From Callorhinchus milii (Eukaryota): 64,000 bases of DNA. A model generated the notes under the pieces. The model did not search any database, was not told the origin of the DNA, and saw nothing but the letters and a program-made list of their open reading frames with translations. Each line of letters starts with the position of its first letter. Position 1 is the stretch's first letter. Below, piece by piece: positions 1-12,245 of this stretch. The stretch lies in the NCBI RefSeq assembly GCF_018977255.1, contig NW_024704742.1:56608001-56672000 (forward strand). The letters are read 5' to 3'. Both the position numbers and the translations under genes were made by a program.

Positions 1-19
1 CATAAGGTGGTCATTGATA

Positions 20-268
20 TCAGACAATCATAAGTTTCACAAAAGATCTCTCACTAGATGAATGATAGATACCAGGAAATACCTGAAAGTTTCCTGATGG
101 GCAGCTCAGCATGAAATGCACAAAATCATTTCTACCATCCTCCTGCCCACAGCTCGGACACACAACGGTTCCATTAGTTGGAAGTTCAGAGCTTAGAGCA
201 TCAGCTGTTAACCTCTCCGCAAACCAATCAAGGTGGATACCAGGCCCTGCATATATGAGTGTGTTCAT
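20..268 (-). mobile_element. Possible decayed non-LTR retrotransposon ORF2 C-terminal Cys/His (zinc-knuckle-like) fragment
   Basis: Minus ORF contains CPSCGQEDGRNDFVHFMLSCP, resembling the CxxC...HFxxxCP motif at the end of L1/Tx1/RTEX-type ORF2; no other domain visible. Confidence 0.3.
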
Positions 269-586
269 GATCCTGGACTCCAGGGTAACACCATCCAGCA
301 GCTATCATCCCAAACCTCAGACTATCCTCATCAGCTATTTGATGCAGGAGACTTACTTGATCAATGGTGAACAGAACTCTTTCTGCAGCCAGTTTTTAAT
401 TCCCCCAAGACAATCTAGGCACTCTATCCCATGAGTAAATGTTAGATGAGACAAGGGTTTACACTAGTATCTCTTAGTGGAGAGTTCAGCACTTATTGGC
501 TATATTATGCTACTTGCTTTGTTTGGTCGTTGCGTTGATCCAGCCAAGTGTTTGTTTCATAGGAATAAAATATATTTCATTTTATT

Positions 587-696
587 ACCCACAAAATAGA
601 CAGACAATTCACTTTACAGCATATTCTGTGAAGAGCTTTGAGATGTCTTGAAGATGTGAAAAGGTGCTATAGCAAATCCAAGGATTATTATTATCA
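587..696 (+). mobile_element. SINE 3' fragment (Deu/L2-tail family)
   Basis: cccacaaaatagacagacaattcactttacag...tgtgaagagctttgagatgtc...ggattattatt matches the 3' half of the full-length SINEs in this window. Confidence 0.85.
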
Positions 697-1388
697 TCCT
701 ATTATGTGAGAAGCGTGACATTTCATATAAGGGTTCCAAATGGATTGACTTACTGTTTAGTAAATCGTATCACCCGGTACTGTAAATTAACTCTGTAATA
801 TAGTCTGTTATTCCCATCTGCTTTGTTTTAATGCTGATTAGTATGGAACTGGAACAGCAGCAAACAAACCTTAGTTAAACAGCAAGCTAAGCCTATGCTT
901 TTAATAACATTCCATTTGAAGCCCTGAAACAAAGCTTGCTACTGTTAGATCTCTGAAGCCTGGAGGACTTTAGAACCGTGTTTGGCTGCATGCAATGTAA
1001 GACCCGTTCATTAGAGTAATGTGATTCTTTCAGGCGAATCAAGCCTGCAAGTTCTCGGTTAACCAGCAATTTCCTACATTTCCCTTGGGAAATGAGCATG
1101 TACAGCTGAAGGTTAAGGATAAAAAAATCCATTAACATGTAATGAGGCACAGGGCCAACCAATTGGAAGCTCTGACACACTGAAGATGTTTTCGGATACA
1201 ACAGAGTATGGCACACATTATGAAGGCTTATTGCGCATGAAGACGATATACTTTCTCCAAGTGCAGCGAGTACTACTTTGTGCTGCTGTATAATGAGGAG
1301 AGCTGAGAGGCAGCAGTTTTTTCAGTGAGCACACACCTTGTAACTCATTACTCCACACAGTACCCAGTTACTCAGTCTGCAGTGTTCA

Positions 1389-1412
1389 ATGCCAGAATGC
1401 CCTCACTTGAAG
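1389..1412 (+). other. Candidate short first coding exon (MPECPHLK phase 0, or MPSLE phase 1)
   Basis: Perfect AG|GTAAGT donor at 1412/1413 in unique sequence; ATGs at 1389 and 1397; no homology recognised. Confidence 0.2.
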
Positions 1413-2784
1413 GTAAGTGATTCTGTCACTTGTAATTATGCAGGAATTCCTTTATTCTAAGGCTGTATTTATCACGCAATTTAACTAAGATTTTCCTGCT
1501 CTGGCATTTTATGGATGGTCCTGGTTTAATTGTGCTTTGTACAATTGGACAAAAGCTTTTGTATCATTAGGATGGGGCAGTTTTGTACAAGTATTTATTA
1601 TGACTGACAAAAGTCTTGTCCTTTTTGATTGTTTTAACCTTACAATAGTAAATTATTAAATGGAGTGTATGCACCATGATCTGCTGAAATATTTATAACC
1701 TGGATTTATCTGTTCTTAACTAATGTCACTTTAACAAAATGAAAATAATGGCTGCGTATTGTCATTTGAGAACAGAATTTCCCTTTGTGTTTCAATTTAC
1801 TACATTCGTTTTGCTTTGGACCAGAAAAATAGCCACCTGCAGCTACCTTTCTGAATGGCATGACACTGGGATTTATAATATCTCTGCCATGCTTCAGCAT
1901 TCACAACATCCAGTTACAATGGAAACAAGGCAAGTTGGATTAAATGAATTCTCTTTGTGCTGCTTGGTCTGAATGCTTTTGCGGCCTGGCATCAAAGTGT
2001 GCTGCCTGTGTGTACAGTGTGCAAGTGGCATATACCAGCATGAGAGCAGAAAACTCTGACAGCAGCTATTTCCATAGTAACCACAATGAAGTACCCAATA
2101 GTTGCTAAATTCTCAGAAAAGGAGTACTGTAGTACCTGGAATCCATTAACTCCTTATATAAGAATAGCTCTCCTTCAATTCCCATGTTTTTTTTTCCAAC
2201 AATGGCTTTAATGTTATCATTTCTATAAACTGTTGACCGAGAATTCCCTCAGTGCTTTTGAAGGGGCTCATTAGGATGTAGATTGAATTTAATCTTGTAC
2301 GATGGAAAGATATTTGAATCTACACCAATATGTTGATGCAATTTATTGCTTGCATTTCTGCAGTCTTACCAGTGGAATTACTTGAGGTCTTGCAAAGTTG
2401 TTTACTAGAATGAGCAACACATTACCATTTAAATGTTATGGTAAATTCTAAAATTAATTTTATTATCTTATTAAAACAGTTTGACATCAATGTAGTTGTG
2501 TTGATGGAAAAAGATTACAACACAGTTCATTGTTTAATGTAACATTTAGGATTCAAATGTTTCTTTTACATTTATGAAACATTTCTTTGTACAATGAGTG
2601 TGAGAAAGTAGATTAGGCTGATTAAACAATATTTATTTAGATAGGTTTATGTAACACTGTTTGTCTAACAATTCATAACATAGATAGATAGGATCCCTAA
2701 TGCTTTCATGTCACCATTACTTTTCTGTAAATACAGTTCTCAGGTTCCCTGTATGATCACCTTGTAATAATGTTATTACTAACC

Positions 2785-2903
2785 ATCTCTTCAACCGTAC
2801 TTTTGGTCATTCTACCCCCTCCCCAACCCAAAGTCAGCTGTGGGAAGTGCTCTGAAACATTCTTCTGACATGAAAGGCACTATTTAAATATAAATTGTTG
2901 TTG
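2785..2903 (+). mobile_element. Old L2 LINE 3' tail
   Basis: aagtgctctgaaacattcttctgacatgaaaggcactatttaaatataaattgttgttg resembles the other L2 tails. Confidence 0.65.
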
Positions 2904-2914
2904 TAAACTACAGT

Positions 2915-3190
2915 TATCACAGAAATGACAGCACAGAAAGAAGTCATTTATTCCACCGTGTCCATGCCGGGTTCCTGTATAAACTGCCCATTTAGTGTCC
3001 AATATGCCTTTTTTTCCCTAGGTATACATGAATGTCCAATTCATAAATATCCAATTCCCATTGAAAGGCCATGATGGATTTTGCTTCAGCCATGATTTTT
3101 AGGCAGGGCATTCCACATTCCATCAGCCATCTGTGCAAAGACATTTTCTCTGAATGTCTTCTTTGTACTTTCAATAATCTTAAATTTATC
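2915..3190 (-). mobile_element. CR1 LINE 3' fragment
   Basis: Minus translation RRHSEKMSLHRWLMECGMPC (degenerate CR1 C-terminus); acagcacagaaagaagtcatt matches a reversed CR1 3' UTR. Confidence 0.65.
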
Positions 3191-3399
3191 CCATGTATAA
3201 CATATAGGAGACTCTTTGCTGACTGAAGATTTGTTCCTACAGGAAAAAGTCATAATGTTAAAGCAAATATTCAATTTGGGCAGTTTTCCATAGCAAACCA
3301 ATTCAGTTCCAGAATTGAAATAGCGAACAGCTTTGTTTTGCTGATTTTCATGGGCTGTACGTCAGACTTCACCGGGTGCAAAACCAAGTACATTTGTGT

Positions 3400-4100
3400 T
3401 GTATAGAGATCCAAATACATACATTATTAAAGGTGAAATTACGGATGGAGAAGGCATTTAAAGGGATAAACAGGATTCTGGCTTCTGTATACAGAGCCAA
3501 TGAATACAGAACTAAGGATCGGTTGAGGATTCTTTTTAAGACTTGGGTTACACCATTGTTGGAAGGTTATGTGCAGTTTGGGGCACCACTCAAAAGAAAA
3601 GGATGTTAGAGCCATGGAGAGGATGCAGCATATATTTACAAGGATAATATCAGAGATATGGGGATATAACTATAAGGAGAGGCTAGAGAGATTAGGACTA
3701 TTTCCTTTGGAGCAGAGAAGATTGAGAGGTGATATGATGAAAGTATTTAAGATAACAAAAGAATTTGAGAGGATAAATGATGAGGAACTATTTCCGCCGG
3801 TAAATGTTTCAAGGACAAGATAGCACAAATGTAAGATTATAACTGGGAGAATGCAAGGGGGAAGTTAGGAAAAGAAATTCTCCCAGAGAGTTGTCAGAGT
3901 TTGGAATGAATTGGTAAGGGTGGTTTTCAGAGCAGAGTCATAGGGGGGCATTTTTTGAAAGAAATTGGATTATATATATATGAGGAGAAAGGTTGGTATT
4001 AGGGGATATGAGAACAGAGGTTTGGGATTGATGACAAATAACAACGCTAATATAATTTGTTGAATGGCCTCCAACTGTGTCGCATAGTTCCTATTTCTTA
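3400..4100 (+). mobile_element. CR1 LINE, 5'-truncated, frameshifted RT C-terminus plus 3' UTR
   Basis: Translations LFKTWVTPLLEGYVQF and MERMQHIFTRIISEIWGYNYKERLERLGLFPLEQRRLRGDMMKVFKI are typical of CR1 ORF2. Confidence 0.92.
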
Positions 4101-4789
4101 TTGTTGATGGCTTTTGGGCATCTTCAGAAGAAGCCTAATACAAACATTGGAAAAACTGTGGTTTAATATTTGGAGCAATATTATACCTTATTTTAAATGT
4201 AACAAAAGAAACACTGAAATAAAAAAAATTGGTCCTGTAGATTTTTCAAACAAAGTTAGTATCAGATGAGAAAATCCTCAACAGGAAAACATGTGCAGAC
4301 AACATAATACTTCAGACACTAAAGACATGGAATCCCAAAGGGATTCACGAAGCTCTGTTAGTAAATGCTAATTAAAGAATGTACCACACAGTCAAATTTC
4401 CATCAGACAGCAAAATCAAGGTGCAAAACAAATCCAGTTGTAAGAATTCATTAGAAGATGAATACTACAAATTCTTTTCAGTGAATAATACTTGGGATAC
4501 AATGGGAATCTGGTTTGTCCTTATTTCTGAAATGGTGAGAATAAAAATTCTATTCTTTATTTATTATGATCATCTTATATAGTAATAATAATCCTTATGT
4601 TCAGTATAGCACTTTTCATGTCAGGAGGACAGAAGATTTAGTACAGGGCTTTTCATGTCAGGAGGACACAGGATACACTGCAAAATATGTATTTGTAGGC
4701 GAATGTGGCAGTCCATTTGCACACAGCAATGTACCACAAACAGCCATGAAGTGAATGATCAATTTTATTTGGGGATTGTTGGCCAGAAT

Positions 4790-4866
4790 ACAACAACAAG
4801 ATTTCATTTATAGAGCGCCTTTCACGTCGGGAGGACGTCCCAAGGCGCTGGACAGTTGGGTCAGGA
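4790..4866 (-). mobile_element. Young L2, 3' stem-loop and tail only
   Basis: acaacaacaagatttcatttatagagcgcctttcacgtcgggaggacgtcccaaggcgctg, nearly identical to the reverse complement of 45080-45142. Confidence 0.9.
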
Positions 4867-4904
4867 GAATACCAGGAGAAACTATGAAATGGTGCCATAA
4901 TATA

Positions 4905-5444
4905 CAGTGGAATCCACTTTAGCCGGGCACTAGTTAACCCCGGACGCTGGGTAAATCAAACAAAATGCCCAGCCTCGATTAATTTCTAGTTTTTAAAAAT
5001 GCTGGCTGATTCGGATAAAAAATCTGATTCATCCATCAAAATGCCGCGCCACTGTTTGTACTCACTTGGATCTTCTGTGTCTCGAGCTGCTCCATTCAGC
5101 CATGAGCAACTCCAGGATGGAGATGGTAGGAGGCTAATTGCGATTGATTGACAGCGGACTCCAGCCGTCCAAAACCAGCTGGAGTTGGGCTGTCAATCAA
5201 TGAGGAGGCGGAGAAACAGGGAATAAACAAAGGAGGGAATGGGAGGAGTCGAAGCACAATTGATTGACAGCTGGAGCTGCTTGTGAACGGGTGGAGTGCC
5301 CAAACATTCAGAAGCTTTCAATCACCTTTGAGCCACCGCTCCTCTCCTGGGCGGGAAGATGTATGGTATTTCCTAACCGCAGACGCCTCTTAAACCAGAC
5401 AAAATGTCCATCCCCGATGTGTCCGGCTTAACTGGCCTTCACTG
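4905..5444. mobile_element. Non-autonomous Tc1/mariner (pogo/Tigger-like) MITE, 540 bp
   Basis: Imperfect 26-bp TIRs CAGTGGAATCCACTTTAGCCGGGCAC / GTGTCCGGCTTAACTGGCCTTCACTG; TA on both flanks (4903-4904, 5445-5446); subterminal motif acaaaatg(c/t)cc near both ends; no transposase ORF. Confidence 0.85.
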
Positions 5445-8400
5445 TATTTGACGTCCACCTGAACATGCAAACCAGGATCTCAGTTTAATGGATCATCCAA
5501 AGGACGGCACCTCCATCAATGTAACACATCCCAAGCACGACACTGGAGGCTCGGCCTAGATTATCTGAATTCAAAGTCCCGATGTGGAACTTGAACCCAT
5601 AACTTTCTGACTTGGAGGTGTGAGTGCTACTAACTGAGTCAGCTGCCATCCACATATTTAAGCCTGAAAAAAATCAGTTGGTTGGTTTGCTAATTCGTTT
5701 TTATCACAGTTTGTGAGGGTAGAGATTCAAAGTACATCTCTTCACATTGAGTTCCGAATCACAGCTGTAACATTGAGGGAAAGGTGGAAAATATGTTGGA
5801 AAATGCTTTCTCAAATGCTTTTTCTCACACTCTTTCCCTCAACTTGGTTGATCTCACACAGCTTAACACAGCAGAACAGGTGAACAGTGGTAAAGGCAGA
5901 ACTACTTGAACTCTCACTGGTGAGTGGTTCACAGTTTAAGGGGAACTGAAAAGGGGAAACATATCTAAGGATCTGAGCGGAGTTGAACATTTATTTTCTT
6001 AGGTGCATAATAGTAAATGGCACATGTTCTGGTTACGGTTTCAATCGTAGCAGTGGTAGAACACTGTTGACATTTACACCATAACGCAGCTGGAATAGAT
6101 TTGCAACTAATACAGAGAGGATATATACATTTTTCAAATCAAATTTGAGTGAAGAGCTTGGTGGAAAATAAGAGATACATTTTTACACCTCATAACTCGG
6201 TGTGTACTTCTTACACTGTTAACCCAAGGGTTTTGAAGGAGAGTCAGACATGTACGGGTTTACTGGGAAGATTTATGGTTGTGGTTTCATCACTTTATAT
6301 GAGAGATTATATTAAAAATAAATCATTCTCAGAATAGTGCAACAATCTGAAGATTAGCCAGGCCTCAACAAACTGTAAAACTGTGGCCAAAGAATCTGTC
6401 TTGTTCAGAGAATCTACACTCAATGCCTAACAGAAGGTTTGGCTCTCACTCACCTACACAGCAATGTGTGTTAATACAGCTAATCTTCTCCATCTGAATT
6501 TTAAATTGTCTGCATGTGACTATCTGCAAATTCTGTTGCTTGCTGAATCTCACCTTGACTAATTTAATCCTTTGAAATAAATTGCTCTGCATCTCATTAC
6601 ATAAAAAATAATCTTCAAACTCTAACAATGTAACATTTCAAAAACTGTCTGTTAGCCAAGTGGACAAGAAAAGAAGCAATAACCTTCAGCATTTAGAAGA
6701 CAAAATGTTCTAATATCCTATTACTATGCAACAAGTTCCAGTTGTCATTTTGCAGTTTTAGTTAACAACTTACATATATACATAGTCCCATTATAATGTG
6801 TTCCTTTATAGTGTGGGTTTGGTTGCAGTATAGACCCCATTTATTGCACATGCATTAGAGCCTTTCATGTGAGTGGTAAAGCTAGCGAGGCTGGCAAGGA
6901 GGGTATTTAAACCTCCAGCCTGGAGGTGACAAATAAATCAATACAAGTTTTAGCAGCATTGTGCATGGTGAAGATGAAAAAAACTGAACTTGGTCAGGGA
7001 TGTAGAGAAGAAAAAAAAGAGGTGAGGATTGAACAGAATGCTAAGATTGCACACAGGCTCAGTGGAGAAAGCAGCCAGGTTGATTGAGGTAATCTGATCA
7101 TTTAATATTTATTTAATATTAAAACACATTTTTGGTCATGATACATTATGCATTATGAGATGTTTATAGATTCCCACTGTACAATGAGGGACTTGCACAA
7201 TTCTACACCTCATACAGACAAGGTAAAGTTCTTTTTTTGCAGGGAAGTTGGGTTGGATTCTTATGGGTATTAAGAAATAATCATTGGATTTGATACAGTG
7301 CCTTGAAGTTCAGGAACTTCTCAAAGAGCTTCACAAAATTTCTGTAAAGTGTAGTGACTCTTTATTTGTAGATACTGGAATATGGGCCACATATTAAATG
7401 GCATAAGGTTCATTGGAGTGCTTAAGTGGCTTTTGGATCCAACCCCATTTTTAATTATTTTCAGAAACCTGTTGAATTCATAAGCCAGACTTCGATTCTG
7501 ACAGGACAATATTATGTTGGTGAATGCTTATTGAAGTATTTGTTTACATCAAGAATTATTTTAACTTGTTGCTGATAAGGATCGCACGTCAACTGGGTTT
7601 ATACCTGTGCAGATCAGGGACATAAAGAATAGTCATGTAATAACATAGGAAAGAGAACAATGTGGTGGTGTTATATTGTCACACTGTCCTCCCTACACAG
7701 TGTTATCTGGCTGCTGATCACAGATGGAATCAGATATGACTGCAGGCTCCATTAAAATCTGCCAGCACCTTGTCTAGCCAATACGAGACAATAGTTGGAG
7801 ATCTGATCCCGAGGTGAAGTTTCTGTTACAAGTTTCCATTTCAGGTTTCACTTCAGAGTCCCCTCTATCCCAGGATAACTGCAGAATGAAACTTGCATCT
7901 CAAAGGAGCTTTTGTGAAAAAGTAACCAAAAGAAGCTTTTGCACTGAGACACTAATCTGGAATGAGTTTTAAACTAAATGAACTGATGTAATTATCTGAC
8001 CAGGCGAGAGTTGTGTGTCACAAGGCATCCTTTAGATTTTATAAAGGTTAAATAAAGACTGCTGCAAGAGAATTTGAATGAGGAATTTGAATGCCGTTAT
8101 GATCTATGAATGTTTACCCACTTACCTGAACCATGAGTTACTTCCACAATGAATTTACTCCCAAACGTATTCATTAATACAATGTATATAGTTTAGGTTT
8201 TGTTTCAATTTTTTCAAATATTTCCATGTATCGTTTGTCAAAAGAGTTTAAGTCTATCACCATTAATTGCTATTGAGTTATATACATCTCCATATCATGA
8301 TGTTCAAACTGCAGCACAGGGTATCTGCCGACAGAAGGAAATGATTTTACTAAATAATAATGAATGCTGTTATAAGTTAAATTGTACAGCACTCCTATAA

Positions 8401-8834
8401 TATATATTCCGACTGCACTAATTGTAGGATTCACAAATATGTGTGTCAATTGTACCTTCTGTGGAGGAAGAAGGAGCAACAACTCTTGTTTTTNGTTAGA
8501 AGAGCCACTGAATGTGGTGTGTTTGGTTCCAGGGCAGCTCTCATTTAATCCTAGATACATAACAGCTTGCAGAACATTAACAGCTGTCTGCTCAGCAGGG
8601 GAAGGGAGATGGGAATATCGGAATTTGCTTCATGTCACATTAGTTAGTACAGGTAGGCTGAGTTTTTGTGTGCCTTCAGCCAAACTATGAAAGTGTGAAT
8701 TATAATAATGCCCTTAAATAGGGTATAGGATATTTCTCTCTAACAGTAAATGTGCAGTGGGAACTGAAAATTTACATTAAATCATGTTGGTGGGAACTCA
8801 ACTCTCTGATCGTTGATGGATTCTTTCCTAAAAA

Positions 8835-9000
8835 TAATCCTTGCTTTTGGTATAGCTCCTTATCACATCAAAACATTTGTATTTCACAGGATATACTGTT
8901 GTATGTAGTGACTGTATTTGTCGTCAATCCAGCAACTAATTTGCACACAGCAATATTCCTCAAACAGCCATGAAGTGAATGATCTTTTTTATCTGGAGGA
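8835..9000 (-). mobile_element. DeuSINE 3' fragment
   Basis: aataatccttgc...cagcaactaatttgcacacagcaatattcctcaaacagccatgaagtgaatgatc. Confidence 0.8.
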
Positions 9001-9077
9001 TTTTTTGACGACTGTCTACAAAGATAAAATTAACTAACTCAAACTAACAGGGAAACGTAGAACAACAACAATGTATA

Positions 9078-9607
9078 ATCTGGTCCCCACATTATAGAAG
9101 GGATGTAGAGGCACTGGAGAGGGTGCAAAGGAGATTCACAAGGATCATCCCAGAACTGAGAGGTTATACCTATCAGGAAAGGCTGAACATGCTTGGACTC
9201 TTTTCTCTTGAAAGGAGGAGGGTAAGGGGTGACCTGATAGAGGTCTTTAAAATGATGAAAGGTTTTGATAGGGTAGACATAGGGAAGATGTTTGTGGGGG
9301 AGACCAAAGCCAGGGGCCTTCAATATGAAATAGTCACAAATAGATCAAATAGGGAAATTAAAAGATATTTCTTCACACAAGAGAGGTGGAACATGTTACC
9401 ACAAGGAGTTGTTGAGACAAATAGCACAGATGTATTTAAGGGAAAGCTGGATAGGTACATGAAGGAGAAAGAAATAGAAGGTTAGGCTTGAAGGCTTAGT
9501 TGAGGAAGGGCAGGAGGAGGCTCGTTTGGAGCATAAACACCGACATAGCCCAGTTGGCTGAATGGCCTGTTTCTGTGCTGTATATTCTAATATATTCTAA
9601 TGTATTC
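9078..9607 (+). mobile_element. CR1 LINE 3' end with terminal (TATATTCTAA)n-like repeat
   Basis: ORF QRRFTRIIPELRGYTYQERLNMLGLFSLERRRVRGDLIEVFKMMKGFDRVD; 3' UTR gaatggcctgtttctgtgctg followed by tail repeats. Confidence 0.95.
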
Positions 9608-10140
9608 TAACAACTTACATTTATATCACCCTTCATGCAGGGTAGGGTTTCAGAGCTCTTAGCAGTGAAGGAGCCTGACACCAAGCCGGGGGAGCTGACC
9701 GTAAGCATAGTTGAAGAAAAAGTCTTCAAGCATGATCTGAAAATTGGAAGGAGGGGCAAGATTGAGCGAGAGAGTTTCAAAGTTTCGGGGCATGGTGGCT
9801 GAAGGCACAGATGCCGATGGTGGAGCAGAGGAGACATGAGACAGCAGGAAGCCAGAGCCAGCTGAGCGGAAGCAACAGGTGGTGAAGTGGGGAGTAAGCA
9901 AGTCAGAGTAGTAGGGTTAGCGCCAGGACATAAAGGGATTTGTAGACAAGTCTGAGAATCTTGATAAGGAGCCAGTGGAGCCTGGTAAGGACTGGTGTGT
10001 TGGTAAGGAAGGGATAAGGTGTTTAGAGCAGGTGAGAATACAGGCAGCGGAGTTTTTAATTTGTTGGATTTTGTGGGTAGGAGAGCTGGGGAGACTGGCA
10101 AAGAGGGCATTGGAATAGTCGAAATGGGAGGTGATGAAAC
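9608..10140 (-). mobile_element. L2 LINE 3' fragment
   Basis: Minus translation FITSHFDYSNALFASLPSSPTHKIQQIKNSAACILT (L2 RT C-terminus); L2-type tail abuts the CR1 tail. Confidence 0.9.
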
Positions 10141-10402
10141 AATTATCAAAATGTCTCTTAATTTTCATTGAACCTTATCTTGGGAATATCCATGTATAGG
10201 TGGGATATGTGGAATTCTGTTTGATTTGGATACTTTTAAACATGGTGATGAGTTTCTGCATTTGTCAGACACCCGGCTGACAAAAAAAATCAAAGCTGTG
10301 ATAAGGGCAATCAAATGGCAATATTATCTCAACAATGAGTTATTTCTTTCTTTAAAAGAAAATACCTGTTATACCTCTTGTCCTTTCCAGTCAATGAAGA
10401 GG

Positions 10403-10608
10403 AACAACAACAACAACAAAATTACATTTGTATAGCGCATTTCACGTCGGGAGGATGTCCCAAGGAGCTGGACATTCAGTGTTTTGGACCCGAACTGGGG
10501 TTCCGGGTTGGGATTGTGGAGGGTGGAGGGCAGGGAGGGAAGCAGGTTGATCGAAAGCACGGTCGAAGAGGAGAGTCTTGAGATGGGTCTTCAAGGAGGC
10601 AAAAGAGC
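10403..10608 (-). mobile_element. L2 LINE 3' end
   Basis: (CAA)n tail, stem-loop gcgcatttcacgtcgggaggatgtcccaaggagct, translation ASLKTHLKTLLFDRAF. Confidence 0.92.
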
Positions 10609-11015
10609 AGTAAAGTAAGTGAGCTGGGAAGCTAATTTTATATTTCCTGTTCATAAATTGCATTGGCCAAACTGAGAAAGGGTTTATACATTAACTTACA
10701 CTCTTTAGTAACATTGAAAAATGGTCCTAAAACGTGCTGTGGTTGGGATATTCTCTGAACAGCTTCTTTTTAAATGAATTTTTGAAGTCCAATAGCTAAG
10801 CAAAGGCTAAATGGCTTAGCAATGCCAACAGTTATATTGACTACATCAGTGAAAATTGGTGCGCTGTTAGTATTATTTTTTCAGGAAGGTATCATTATTC
10901 GGGCTTTGTTGTGATTTGCATTCTACTAGCACAGATCTATCTTGCTTTATATTCAAGATTTCAACATAAACTGGGTGTAAATGGCATTGTAGATTTCCAA
11001 TCTGTCACCACATAC

Positions 11016-11204
11016 CAATTTGGCAGATTCTCCAGCACTCTCCATAAAATACAGCTGTTTGGCTGGGGTGACACTACTGAGCAATTGTTTGAATATATTA
11101 AATACACCAAATACCAGGCGCGTGGATTTATAACCATCTCTAACTATTGACCACACACCAAAACAAGCGGCCAGCTTTTGGAGCTCAATGAATACTCTCT
11201 CTGT
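11016..11204 (-). other. Candidate internal coding exon, 189 nt, phase 0-0, unknown product
   Basis: Acceptor atttatttcctgttag, donor TTG|gtatgt; open frame TERVFIELQKLAACFGVWSIVRDGYKSTRLVFGVFNIFKQLLSSVTPAKQLYFMESAGESAKL; no homology recognised. Confidence 0.2.
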
Positions 11205-12029
11205 CTAACAGGAAATAAATATTACAGATGTGTTTCTACATTGCATTTTCATTAATAATGCAATATTGTTACAAAAGGCAATTAAATTGTAATGCATAGA
11301 ACATTGAATAATTTAACCCCATAAAGGGTTAAGCATGTGCATTAATTTAACAAGTCTTGTTGGGCACCTTAGTGAACCATCATGACTTTGTCTCTTCACA
11401 CACAGGTATACAGTTTATTGCATGAGTGTGTCTTTAGTAGTTTATGTACAGTAATGGTGTTACGCAAAATATATTTGTATATCGAACAGAGAGGTTGAAT
11501 TTTCAAAGCAGGAAAAACATTGTTAAATCTGCTTTTTTTTATCTGGCAGAATATGGTGAATGGTAAAAATTTTATGAGCCGTCTACTAAGTAAGCAAATT
11601 AACCATCATACAATTGAACTAGAAACACATAATTTTATATGGAACATTTCCATCCTTTCCTTTGTCAACGTATAATTCTTTAACGTTTATGGGTGAAAAG
11701 TGCATATATTGCTAGGGATGCTATTCACTTTTCCTGTCCATTTTTTTTAAGACCGCTGAAACAGAGAAAAACCTTTGAGATGTGCAAGTGAAGATTGCAA
11801 CCTGTAACATGATTGAAAAGTGCTTTACTTGATAACACAAAATCAGAATTAAACCGATATTGATGTCTTGATAACCAGCAGCCCAATACAGCAACTCGCA
11901 CATGGGTCAGACCAATGGACAGTGTAACTAATTCCAAGGCTCAACAATTGCGATGAAGCCAGGGTATTTTTTTGGGGGGGGTCCCACAGACCAAACCATA
12001 ACTTAAGACTTCATCTGATCATATTTTTC

Positions 12030-12245
12030 AACAACAATAATCCTTACATTCGATATTGTCTTTCATGTCAGGAGGACATTTCAAAGCGCATCACACTGTA
12101 AAGTATATTCTGTAGATAATGACAATAATGCAAGGATACTCATAATTATTCTTGTATTTGATATAACACCTTATCATGCCGTTGAGACGTCTCAAAGCAC
12201 TTCACTAATTATGCCGTAAAATGATGTGTATTTTGTGGGCGAACA
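12030..12245 (-). mobile_element. Two adjacent SINE 3' fragments
   Basis: Two reversed tails (taatccttacattcgatatt...; ttcttgtatttgatataacaccttatcatgccgttgagacgtctcaaagcacttcac). Confidence 0.75.

Larger units (their letters stand above)
4585..5650 (-). mobile_element. Old tRNA-headed DeuSINE (SacSINE1/AmnSINE-like), interrupted by an L2 tail and a MITE
   Basis: Deu-like ggcagtccatttgcacacagcaatgtaccacaaacagc at ~4707-4745; continues after the MITE (ctcagtttaatggatcatccaaaggacggcacctcc) to a reversed tRNA-like head (cttgaaccc...tactaactgag). Confidence 0.75.

Noticed and set aside
7845..7972. Possible terminal exon GFTSESPLSQ…WNEF*
   Set aside because: Only an acceptor-like motif; no homology or further support
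8494..8494. Single N base
   Set aside because: Assembly ambiguity, not biology
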